NCBI GenBank assembly: GCA_903839725.1
Contig: CAIMDG010000002.1
Coordinates: forward strand, 241,117-305,116
From: an uncultured bacterium
GTDB lineage: Bacteria; Patescibacteriota; Minisyncoccia; Phycocordibacterales; PALSA-1337
DNA: 64,000 nucleotides
Reading direction: 5' to 3'
How positions within the stretch are numbered: position 1 is the stretch's first letter; each line of letters starts with the position of its first letter. The notes beneath the pieces were generated by a model that searched no databases, was not told the origin of the DNA, and was given only the letters and a program-made list of their open reading frames with translations. This document shows, piece after piece, positions 43,817-52,268 of the stretch. The position numbers were made by a program, and so were the translations under genes.

Positions 43817-46324
43817 ATGGCAAAGAAATCAGCCGAACATAATAAAAGACTCATATTGCTCGATGCACACGCTATTTTGCATCGTGCATATCATGCGCTA
43901 CCTGATTTCGCGACTGCAAAAGGAGAACCAACCGGTGCTTTGTACGGACTTTCAACTATGGTAATCAAAGCGATTGAAGATTTGAAACCTGATTATCTCG
44001 TTGCATGTTACGACTTGAAAGGTCCTACATATCGTCATGAATTGTATAAAGAATATAAAGCAGGTAGAAAAGCTGTTGAGGATGATTTGATTGCTCAGAT
44101 GAAACGATCACGCGATATTTTTACTGTTCTCAATATTCCCATTTATGATAAACAAGGATTTGAAGCTGACGACATGCTCGGCACTATTGTTGAACAAGTA
44201 AAAAAACAGAAACTACCAATCGATATCATTATTGCTTCAGGAGATATGGACACGTTGCAGCTCGTAGATGATAAGCGTGTTCAGGTGTACACCTTGAAGA
44301 AGGGTATCAAAGACACCATCATGTATGACGAGGAAGGCGTGAAGACTCGATTTGGTTTTGGACCCGAACTCATTCCTGACTACAAAGGTCTTCGAGGTGA
44401 TCCGTCTGATAATATCGTCGGTGTAAAAGGTATTGGCGAAAAGACTGCAACAATTCTTATTACTACATTTGGAACGATCGAGAACATGTATGTTGAGCTT
44501 GAAGCAGGTCATGAACAGAAATTTAGTGATGCAGGTATCACTCCACGCATAATCCAGTTACTCAAAGATAATAAAGAAGAAGCAGAATTCAGTAAGATGC
44601 TCGCAACCATTCGTCGTGATGCACCTATCGAATTTGTTGTACCCGAGAAAACATTCAAGGAAGCCCTCGACACAAAAAAAGTCACCGAACTCTGGAACGA
44701 ACTCGAATTTCGCACTCTTTCCCAGCGTCTCAAAAATGTTGTTGAAGGCAAAGCAAAGGGGATGAGCGTTACGTCTGCATCTAGTAACGGCACAGTCGAC
44801 TCCGCAGGCGCAAGCGATCTCCCGACTTCGACCGAAGGGAGAACGAAGGGAGATACGCTTACGCCGAAAGGAGGCGGTGTAAATACATCAGAAACCGACG
44901 GTCAGTCAGGCCTTTTTCCAGTAATCCCCAAAGCAGAGCTTGAAACAACATCCCTCGCGCTCTGGTTGGCAAACTCCAACCTCACCAACCCAACTCTCGA
45001 AGACATACTTACATTCGCGAATGTTGAAGATTTCGCTAGCGCAAAGAAAATTATCTTTGATCAACTCGACGCAAAGGGTCTTCGAAAAGTGTATGAAAAT
45101 ATCGAACTACCACTTATTCCTATTGTAGAAAAAATGGAAAAGCGTGGGGTGAAGATAGATCGAAAGGTCTTGAATCATTTGGCGACAACATATCACGCAG
45201 AAGTGGCATCGTTAGAAAAAAGAATTTACGAGTTAGCAGGCATGGAATTTAATATTAGTTCACCAAAACAGTTAGGTGAGGTTCTTTTTGATAAACTTGG
45301 GCTCGTTGGTAAAAATATGAAGAAGACTGGTAGTGGGGCACGATCAACACGTGAATCCGAACTTGAGAAATTGAGAGATCTACATCCAATCGTGCCACTT
45401 ATTTTCGAATATCGAGAATTATCAAAACTTCTTGGAACATATATAGATGCTATTCCGCCACTACTCGATGATCAGGATCGTTTGCATACACACTTCCTGC
45501 AGACAGGAACTACGACTGGTCGTATGGCTTCACAAAATCCAAATATTCAGAATATTCCGATAAAGTCGGAATTGGGCAAAGCGATTCGTACCGCATTTAT
45601 CGCCGAAAAGGGATATGTATTAGCAAGTTTTGATTATTCGCAGGTTGAATTGCGTATTGCTGCCTTCATGTCAGGTGATCAAAGGTTGATTGATATTTTC
45701 AAAAATGGTGAAGATGTACATACGTCAGTGGCGGCTTCCGTATTCAAGGTACCGATGAATGAAGTAACTTCAGAAATGCGTCGTCGTGCAAAGGTTATTA
45801 ACTTCGGCATCATGTATGGTATGGGTGTTCTTGCGCTCAAACAGAATCTCGGAACAAGTCGTGACGAAGCACAACAGTATTTGAATAATTATTTTGAAAC
45901 ATTTTCGGGTTTGGCGAGTTATCTCGACAAGGTCAAAGCAGAGACTGCTCAAAGAGGGTATACAGAAACATTTTTTGGTCGTCGTCGTTATTTTGAAGGT
46001 ATCAATTCCAAGATTCCATTTATTCGTGCGGCCGCTGAACGTATGGCTATCAATGCACCAGTGCAGGGAACAGGTGCGGACATCATCAAACTCGCGATGA
46101 TAAAGATCGATCAGTATATAGCTGAACACACGTTGGCGGATGTTATATCACCACTTCTCCAAGTGCATGATGAACTTATCTATGAGATCAAGAAAGATGC
46201 GGCTGAAAAGATCGTTTCTGAGATTAAAAAGCTTATGGAAACAGTTATTGACGCCAAAGACATTCACGGTATTGTGCTCAAAGCATCTGCTGATGTGGGT
46301 ATGAATTGGGGAGAGCTGAAATAG
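43817..46324 (+). CDS. polA: DNA polymerase I (5'-3' exonuclease plus polymerase domains; the 3'-5' exonuclease region is replaced or shortened by a low-complexity linker)
   Basis: 5' nuclease motifs (LILLDAHAILHRAYHA), pol motifs A/B/C (DYSQVELRI; RRRAKVINFGIMYG; HDEL), and an S/T/G-rich segment at about residues 330-400. Start placed at MAKKS. Confidence 0.9.
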   Translation: MAKKSAEHNKRLILLDAHAILHRAYHALPDFATAKGEPTGALYGLSTMVIKAIEDLKPDYLVACYDLKGPTYRHELYKEYKAGRKAVEDDLIAQMKRSRDIFTVLNIPIYDKQGFEADDMLGTIVEQVKKQKLPIDIIIASGDMDTLQLVDDKRVQVYTLKKGIKDTIMYDEEGVKTRFGFGPELIPDYKGLRGDPSDNIVGVKGIGEKTATILITTFGTIENMYVELEAGHEQKFSDAGITPRIIQLLKDNKEEAEFSKMLATIRRDAPIEFVVPEKTFKEALDTKKVTELWNELEFRTLSQRLKNVVEGKAKGMSVTSASSNGTVDSAGASDLPTSTEGRTKGDTLTPKGGGVNTSETDGQSGLFPVIPKAELETTSLALWLANSNLTNPTLEDILTFANVEDFASAKKIIFDQLDAKGLRKVYENIELPLIPIVEKMEKRGVKIDRKVLNHLATTYHAEVASLEKRIYELAGMEFNISSPKQLGEVLFDKLGLVGKNMKKTGSGARSTRESELEKLRDLHPIVPLIFEYRELSKLLGTYIDAIPPLLDDQDRLHTHFLQTGTTTGRMASQNPNIQNIPIKSELGKAIRTAFIAEKGYVLASFDYSQVELRIAAFMSGDQRLIDIFKNGEDVHTSVAASVFKVPMNEVTSEMRRRAKVINFGIMYGMGVLALKQNLGTSRDEAQQYLNNYFETFSGLASYLDKVKAETAQRGYTETFFGRRRYFEGINSKIPFIRAAAERMAINAPVQGTGADIIKLAMIKIDQYIAEHTLADVISPLLQVHDELIYEIKKDAAEKIVSEIKKLMETVIDAKDIHGIVLKASADVGMNWGELK

Positions 46325-46439
46325 GGAAGATACGTTTGCTTACGAATGATAGACGAAGAGGAATGTATTGACATTGACACTACTATCTAGTTGTGGTATT
46401 TTTTGCCTTGAACATACGCAACAACGGAATCTTTGTCCT

Positions 46440-46751
46440 ATGAAAAATCAATCGCTTCATGAAGGTGTAGGGCCGTTTTTGGCCTTAGAATTGGGGGTTG
46501 AAATAACTCACCAATGGACCAGTAACAACTCTGTCGACTTCGAATTTAAACCAAATCCCGAGAAGCAGATATTCGGGACGCACATGAAAGATGCGTTACA
46601 AAAATACTACTCACCCAGCAAAGGTAATCAATTTTCAGCACTGGATGAACACTCAGGTATGGGATCGCTGATTGATGGGGTAAATATCAGTCACTCAGTG
46701 GCCTTTTCGATTTACACAGGCAGCATCAGATTAACCATTGAGGAAATATGA
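46440..46751 (+). CDS. Hypothetical small protein (first of a translationally coupled pair)
   Basis: Start placed at MKNQSL; the ORF track starts at 46368 inside a promoter-like TTGACA region. Overlaps the next ORF by 4 nt. Confidence 0.3.
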   Translation: MKNQSLHEGVGPFLALELGVEITHQWTSNNSVDFEFKPNPEKQIFGTHMKDALQKYYSPSKGNQFSALDEHSGMGSLIDGVNISHSVAFSIYTGSIRLTIEEI

Positions 46752-47047
46752 GCAATACACTAAGCAGGTTTCTCAACAATAAACTTGGAGGCAAACTCAT
46801 TCTGGATTCTCGTTGGATTCCAGACCGTAAATTCAAGATCGAATGCGGACAGATCGTCCCTTCGGTTTCATCAATTGCGAAACTCGTGCGTGAATACTAC
46901 GGGGCACAGTTTGTTGATGTTGTATTTGATGAATTCGACAATTTGATGAGTGAGTTTACAATGCTCGGCCAGCGGTATTGGATCGTCATCACTCCGATCT
47001 ATTTGTCACACCCACCCTTCATTCTTGTGAATATCGTGCCGTTATAA
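46748..47047 (+). CDS. Hypothetical small protein (second of the coupled pair)
   Basis: 99 aa; ATGA overlap with the previous ORF. Confidence 0.3.
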   Translation: MSNTLSRFLNNKLGGKLILDSRWIPDRKFKIECGQIVPSVSSIAKLVREYYGAQFVDVVFDEFDNLMSEFTMLGQRYWIVITPIYLSHPPFILVNIVPL

Positions 47048-47117
47048 TTTTAGTTTGAACCAAGGTGTCCAGAGAGCAGTCTCTGGCACTTTTTTTATTA
47101 GAGCATATACTGTAGGC

Positions 47118-47855
47118 ATGTTATATGTTTTTCATGGCACCGATATGGCTCAGTCAGCTCACAAAGCTCATGCCTTGGTCAATTCACTGCGTAGTAAGAA
47201 ACCTGATGCGTCATTTGTCAGGATTGAGGCAAGTTCCTGGAATTCATCGATAATTCAAGAACATGGGGGAGGGCAAGGCCTCTTTTCTAATAAATATATT
47301 ATTTTACTTGATCGTATCTCTGAGAATGCTGAAGCCAAAGAGGCATTTTCTGATACAGCTTCTATCCTGCACGAATCAACAAACATTTTTATTGTTCTTG
47401 AAGGAAAGTTGAATGCGGATTGGAAAAAAGCATGCGAAAAATATGCAGAGAAAATAGTGGTAAGTGATGAAAAAGTTGATGTTGGCGGAGCGTCAAAAAA
47501 ATCTGATTTTAATATTTTTGCATTGGCCGACGCACTCGGTAGCCGTGATTCATTCATGACATGGTCTATCTATAGACAAGCGGTAGATGCGGGAATAGAA
47601 GCCGAAAGTATTATTGGCACATTATTTTGGCAAGTTAAGTCTATGATTCTTGCCTCAACAGGGAAGAGTGCTGGAGAAACAGGGCTTAGTCCTTTTGTAT
47701 TTAGTAAAGCAAAGAAGCATGCAGGGAATTATTCAAGTGCGGAATTGTATGACCTTGTGAAAGGTTTGATTACTGTGTATCATGATAGTCATCGTGGACT
47801 TGTAGATGCGGAGAGTGGGCTTGAGGTGTTGTTGCTCAAGAATAGGAAGGGGTAA
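47118..47855 (+). CDS. holA: DNA polymerase III delta subunit-like protein
   Basis: MLYVFHGTD start and a C-terminal helical region resemble HolA. Start placed at MLYV; the ORF track starts at 47055. Confidence 0.4.
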   Translation: MLYVFHGTDMAQSAHKAHALVNSLRSKKPDASFVRIEASSWNSSIIQEHGGGQGLFSNKYIILLDRISENAEAKEAFSDTASILHESTNIFIVLEGKLNADWKKACEKYAEKIVVSDEKVDVGGASKKSDFNIFALADALGSRDSFMTWSIYRQAVDAGIEAESIIGTLFWQVKSMILASTGKSAGETGLSPFVFSKAKKHAGNYSSAELYDLVKGLITVYHDSHRGLVDAESGLEVLLLKNRKG

Positions 47856-47875
47856 TTATTATTTTAACAACTATC

Positions 47876-48409
47876 ATGAATACAGTTCAAAAATTTACAC
47901 TTTTATTTGCACATGTTTTTATTACATATGTAGTTTTCCTGGTTATATTTTGGCCTCTCGCATTTTTGGGAAGTTCCCTAGTCTCTCAAGGCAAATACAT
48001 TAGTGGTGGTATCACTGTGATGATTGCTACTTTTGTTGTTACCTATATTTCGTCGAGAATAATTTCAAAGATGTTTCCTTTTGATAAGGGTGTTAAGCGC
48101 TTTATTATTACAGCCGGTATTATAGGAATTATTTGTTCTGTGGTTAGATTTTTTTACTTGCATAATCCAGTAGAGTCACTGAATATGGCTCTCTTGGGTT
48201 TTGCTCTACTTGGATATGTCCCAGGGTCATTTTTCTTGAGACCACGTTTGCTTGAAGATGGAACAATTCTGCCTGAAAGTAAATCAAAGATTATTAGTAC
48301 GATTAGTCATAGAATCCATTCAATTAAGACAAGTCCAATAATTATTTTGGGAATTGCCGCTCTTATTCTATTGGTAGTAGTTACTTTAATAAATTTAAAA
48401 TATAAGTAG
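47876..48409 (+). CDS. Hypothetical polytopic membrane protein
   Basis: Four predicted TM helices; 177 aa. Confidence 0.4.
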   Translation: MNTVQKFTLLFAHVFITYVVFLVIFWPLAFLGSSLVSQGKYISGGITVMIATFVVTYISSRIISKMFPFDKGVKRFIITAGIIGIICSVVRFFYLHNPVESLNMALLGFALLGYVPGSFFLRPRLLEDGTILPESKSKIISTISHRIHSIKTSPIIILGIAALILLVVVTLINLKYK

Positions 48410-48415
48410 TGATAC

Positions 48416-49249
48416 TTACCCATACACTTCTACCGCTTCGGCAAGCGTGCGAGGGTAACGTTTTGTTTTGTCTGTAGAAAGATTATTTTCCATCATTTCA
48501 GTACTTGTGATGGTATCAGTCCATATTCTTTCACCTTCTGGACCAAGTTCCTGTAGTTTTTTAATGAATAATTTTCTATATTTTTTTATTCCCCCACCAA
48601 TATCGAGATGAAACATCAAGCTAAGGCTCGATGATACTTTTTCAGGGAAATGAGGTTTAGCTTTCTCGCGGGCAATCAATTCATCAACACTACTCGTGCC
48701 TCGGGTTGGATAATTTTTAAACCATAAAGTTGAAGCTTCTTTGTACACATCAAGATCTTTGAAGTATGTAAGAAATGATGAAATTTCTTTGTCTATTACT
48801 TTTTCTGATATAGGGCGAGTACGTACATGCCCCACGTCCTTGTCTTTAAGGTCAGATTTATTTTTTATACTATCTCTAAATTCAAGAATATATTTTTTTG
48901 CAACCTCTTCAGTAAGATAGGTCATATTGGGTGATTGTCCCTCAATTGCCCTGAGAACTTGGTCTTCAGGAACTCCATCTTTCTGGGCTATACGTTCCGA
49001 ATCTATAAATAAGTACCCATCAATGTCACTTCCTACGTGTGCTGTACCTTTTGTCATTGATCCGAACATGCAAAAAGAAAGTACTTCATCGTGCTTTTCT
49101 TTTATTTCATCAACCGCCTCTCTCACCGCTTGCATTCGCTCTTGTGCGAATGTTTCTTTTGATAAAACAAAACGTTTGTTGGTCTCATTCTTGGGACGTT
49201 CTTTGGTGAGTGATTCGAGTTGTTCGGGGGTGTAACCTTCTTTGTTCAT
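48416..49249 (-). CDS. Pol-beta-superfamily nucleotidyltransferase domain protein
   Basis: hGS-x9-DxD signature FGSMTKGTAHVGSDIDGYLFID; 277 aa with a helical C-terminal region. Confidence 0.55.
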   Translation of the reverse strand: MNKEGYTPEQLESLTKERPKNETNKRFVLSKETFAQERMQAVREAVDEIKEKHDEVLSFCMFGSMTKGTAHVGSDIDGYLFIDSERIAQKDGVPEDQVLRAIEGQSPNMTYLTEEVAKKYILEFRDSIKNKSDLKDKDVGHVRTRPISEKVIDKEISSFLTYFKDLDVYKEASTLWFKNYPTRGTSSVDELIAREKAKPHFPEKVSSSLSLMFHLDIGGGIKKYRKLFIKKLQELGPEGERIWTDTITSTEMMENNLSTDKTKRYPRTLAEAVEVYG

Positions 49250-49309
49250 TAACCTATTATAATAGAAAGCCCCGATCCTTTCGGATGGGGCGTGAGAGTT
49301 TTGAAAGCT

Positions 49310-49822
49310 TTATCGGCTACAGTCCCACTTGGCACATTCGGCGCAGGGTTTACCTTTTTCTTTTTCCGTCGGAATATGTCCGCAGATTTTACAGCGGAGA
49401 TTGTTTCCGGACTGTTGCTCGCGCATCCCAAGAGTGGCCAGTATTATGCGCAAATTAGCAGCATTCTTGTCCAAGCGATTTGCCAACTCCACAGTCGTCT
49501 CTTGGAACGTGCGAACTATTCTTTGAGATATAAATTCAGATGCGTTCTCGCGACAGACCATATCGAAACTACTTTCGAGCCTCGTTTGTCCTTGTTCCCG
49601 CGGACCATAAGGATCGATGCTCAATATGACAACCTTCACGTTGATGAACAGTGTGTCACACTGACCTTTCTCGTGAGGGGTGATCTTGATGACCTCGATT
49701 GTTTCAGCTGCCTGATTCAATCTTTCGAGGGCAGCGAAGGTGCCTTCGAATATGAGTTGCATCATCTTCCTCGTGGAAGGGTCATTTCCGTAACATTTCT
49801 CATCTATGCTTATCTTGGCCAT
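49310..49822 (-). CDS. Hypothetical protein with a C-terminal C4 zinc ribbon (CKICG ... CAECAKWDC)
   Basis: 170-aa ORF 60 nt upstream of the nucleotidyltransferase gene, same strand. Confidence 0.4.
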   Translation of the reverse strand: MAKISIDEKCYGNDPSTRKMMQLIFEGTFAALERLNQAAETIEVIKITPHEKGQCDTLFINVKVVILSIDPYGPREQGQTRLESSFDMVCRENASEFISQRIVRTFQETTVELANRLDKNAANLRIILATLGMREQQSGNNLRCKICGHIPTEKEKGKPCAECAKWDCSR

Positions 49823-49943
49823 ACGGCCTCCTTCTTTGTTGTGGTGTTAAACACCTTTAATTTCTGCATTTAAATGGTGCAGTTCCATTTCAGATACTAC
49901 TCCGAGGGAATTGATTGTCAACTAGATTGAGGTGTTTGTTCAG

Positions 49944-50018
49944 GTGCGCCCAGTTGGATTCGAACCAACGACCCACTCCTTAAAAGGGAGTTGCTCTACC
50001 ACCTGAGCTATGGGCGCA
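49944..50018 (-). tRNA. tRNA-Lys (anticodon TTT)
   Basis: Hand-folded cloverleaf: acceptor GCGCCCA, anticodon loop CTTTTAA, T-loop TTCGAAT. Confidence 0.85.
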
Positions 50019-50079
50019 TGCATGAAAGAGTACCACAAATTTGTAGTTAGGCAATATTGATACTGTGCCACACAACTTT

Positions 50080-50454
50080 TTATATTCCCCCAGCGTAATC
50101 GAATCCCCAGAATCCTGGACCCAAGAATATTGATGCTACTGCCAATGTGAGCAGAAGAACATAGTAATTCACACCATCAGAAAAGAGTTTTCCTTCACTT
50201 GCTTTGAATCCAAGTTTTATAACAAGGATAGCGGCATTGAGGAGTGCAGCGAGTTGAGTATACAACCCAATAACCAAAAATACTCCAATAACTAGTTCCG
50301 CAATTCCGTAGAGGGTTGTATTGCTTCCTGAACTTTGTCCATGTTTTTTGACTTTCTGATATCCAAAATAGATAAGTGTTCCTCCGAGAACGACGCGAAT
50401 GAGGAACGGTGCGAATTGCTCGTAGGTGTAGAGGGTAGGGAATAGTGAAAGCAT
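50080..50454 (-). CDS. DoxX-family membrane protein
   Basis: 124 aa with the DoxX-like TM pattern (FLIRVVLGGTLIYFGYQK). Confidence 0.65.
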   Translation of the reverse strand: MLSLFPTLYTYEQFAPFLIRVVLGGTLIYFGYQKVKKHGQSSGSNTTLYGIAELVIGVFLVIGLYTQLAALLNAAILVIKLGFKASEGKLFSDGVNYYVLLLTLAVASIFLGPGFWGFDYAGGI

Positions 50455-50497
50455 GATAGTTATTGTTATTGCTATGTTGGTATTATAGTATGCCTAT

Positions 50498-50989
50498 ATG
50501 ATAAAAGGGAAATCAATGCCAAGAGATATTCGACTAATTTTGGACAATATCCGTAGTGTTCATAATGTAGGCTCTATTTTCCGTACAGCTGACACCCTCG
50601 GTATTTCAAAGATATATTGTCTTGATACGACACCTACTCCTGTAGATCGATTCAAAAATAAGAGGAAGGACTTTGCGAAAGTTTCATTGGGTGCTGAGGA
50701 TACTGTGTTATGGGAACACGTGAGTAATTTCAAATCTATAATCTCAAATCTAAAAAAAGAAGGTTTTACCATTATTGCTCTTGAACAGGCGAATAATTCT
50801 GTTGACTATAAGCTGGTTGAATCGACCAATAAGACTGTAGTCATTCTCGGCAATGAAGTAGACGGTGTCTCAAAAGAATTATTACAGGAATGTGACATTG
50901 TTGCTGAAATACCTTTGATAGGGAAGAAAGAGTCCTTGAATGTATCGGTATCAGCGGGAATATTTTTGTATAGGTTGTTGGATAATTGA
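50498..50989 (+). CDS. SPOUT (TrmH/SpoU-family) RNA 2'-O-methyltransferase
   Basis: SpoU motifs HNVGSIFRTADTLG, ILGNEVDGVS, ESLNVSVSAGIFLY. Confidence 0.8.
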   Translation: MIKGKSMPRDIRLILDNIRSVHNVGSIFRTADTLGISKIYCLDTTPTPVDRFKNKRKDFAKVSLGAEDTVLWEHVSNFKSIISNLKKEGFTIIALEQANNSVDYKLVESTNKTVVILGNEVDGVSKELLQECDIVAEIPLIGKKESLNVSVSAGIFLYRLLDN

Positions 50990-50996
50990 TTATTTC

Positions 50997-51131
50997 GAGC
51001 CGGACGCGGTGACATGTGCACCTGCGAACAACTCCGTGACGATAGTGAATAAGTGCCTGAAGAATTACATAATGAGACGATATCCCGCTGGGAATGTTGT
51101 TCGCGGGTGCACATGTCACCGTGTCCGGCTC
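50997..51131 (-). repeat. Family-1 structured repeat, copy D: a 36-bp inverted repeat (perfect except for two G.U wobbles on the + strand) enclosing the core in reverse orientation
   Basis: 5' arm gagccggacgcggtgacatgtgcacctgcgaacaac, 3' arm gttgttcgcgggtgcacatgtcaccgtgtccggctc. Loop: ...GTGCCTgAAGaattacataatgaGACGATATCCCGCTGGGAATgTTg. Confidence 0.75.
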
Positions 51132-51148
51132 TGAATTGTGATTCGTCC

Positions 51149-52075
51149 TTACACTTTACTCAACTTTTGATGAGTGTCACAAAAATGAGTACCGCGACCA
51201 CCAAGAACGATGCGAACAATAGTTCCATTGCACCCCTTCTTATCACAAGGCGTTCCTGTTCTTTGGTAGGCATGATGACCTTCATGAAAACTTCCTTTTT
51301 CTCCGAGCACATTGCGATAGTCGGACGTCGAATCACCACCAAAATCGATACCTTTTGCAAGCGTTTGTTTGATTGCCTTGAATAGGTCGGTGAGCTGTTT
51401 TGTTGTTACATTCTCTACAGGTTCCTGTGGGTGTATACCTGCACGCCATAAAGATTCATCAGCATAAATATTCCCGATACCCGCAATGATGGATTGATCC
51501 ATAAGTACCTGTTTTATTTTCCCGTGAGGTCTTAGCAGTATTCTTTCTTCAAAAACTTTTTGAGTAAATGTATCTTCAAGAGGTTCGGGACCGATTCTTT
51601 CTAGATGTAGTGATGTAGTTTTTTCATGTGATGGTATCAATGTTACCTTGGCGAATTTTCGAACATCAGAAAGAGCGAGATTCTTCTTATTTGAAAAACT
51701 GAGCATGAAACGGATATACGCATTAAATGGATCTTTCAGTGCTTCTGGTTCAATAGCTTCCCACGGATCTTTTGTATTCGAGGTATTAAAACGATATGTG
51801 CCATAGAGTAAGTGGCCGGTCATTTTCATATGCACCAAGATAGTATCTCCATGTTCAAGATTGATTAGAATATTTTTTGCACGACGATGTACGGATATAA
51901 CTTTCTTTCCAAGAATAGTTTTTTTGAATTGGCTGAAATAAGCTCGATCTTTAATGGTATCTGAACCTTTGAAGTATGGACTATTATAATTTGACCATAC
52001 ATCCACTATAGTAAGCCCTACTATATGTTCTTGTAGGCCATTCACAGTGGTTTGTACTTCTGGTAGTTCGGGCAT
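51149..52075 (-). CDS. mutM: Formamidopyrimidine-DNA glycosylase (Fpg/MutM; Fpg/Nei family)
   Basis: N-terminal PELPEVQT with catalytic Pro2/Glu3, H2TH region, C-terminal zinc finger CDKKGCNGTIVRIVLGGRGTHFC. Confidence 0.85.
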   Translation of the reverse strand: MPELPEVQTTVNGLQEHIVGLTIVDVWSNYNSPYFKGSDTIKDRAYFSQFKKTILGKKVISVHRRAKNILINLEHGDTILVHMKMTGHLLYGTYRFNTSNTKDPWEAIEPEALKDPFNAYIRFMLSFSNKKNLALSDVRKFAKVTLIPSHEKTTSLHLERIGPEPLEDTFTQKVFEERILLRPHGKIKQVLMDQSIIAGIGNIYADESLWRAGIHPQEPVENVTTKQLTDLFKAIKQTLAKGIDFGGDSTSDYRNVLGEKGSFHEGHHAYQRTGTPCDKKGCNGTIVRIVLGGRGTHFCDTHQKLSKV

Positions 52076-52142
52076 ATATAGATACTAGTCCGTAAAAGGG
52101 AATCAGTAAACTGTGAAGCCTCCCAGATGAGTACACCCTGAT

Positions 52143-52215
52143 AAAACATCCGTTACGTACTAATATGAGTGCCTGAAGAATACGATAATGAGACGATATC
52201 CCGCTGGGAATGTTG
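52143..52215 (-). repeat. Family-1 structured repeat, copy E (complete core in reverse orientation, no flanking inverted repeat detected)
   Basis: aaaacatccgttacgtactaatatgaGTGCCTgAAGaatacgataatgaGACGATATCCCGCTGGGAATgTTg. Confidence 0.6.
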
Positions 52216-52268
52216 CGCGCAACTAGTATGAGTGAGGTGTTCTTCAAAATTATTGATATACTATACGC

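Noticed and set aside
50997-52215. CUGAAGA (CUGANGA-like) boxes inside family-1 copies D and E as possible hammerhead cores
   Set aside because: Copies B and C have CUAAAGA at the same position (the invariant G5 is lost). No GAAA box or stem II follows in any copy, so the match is coincidental.
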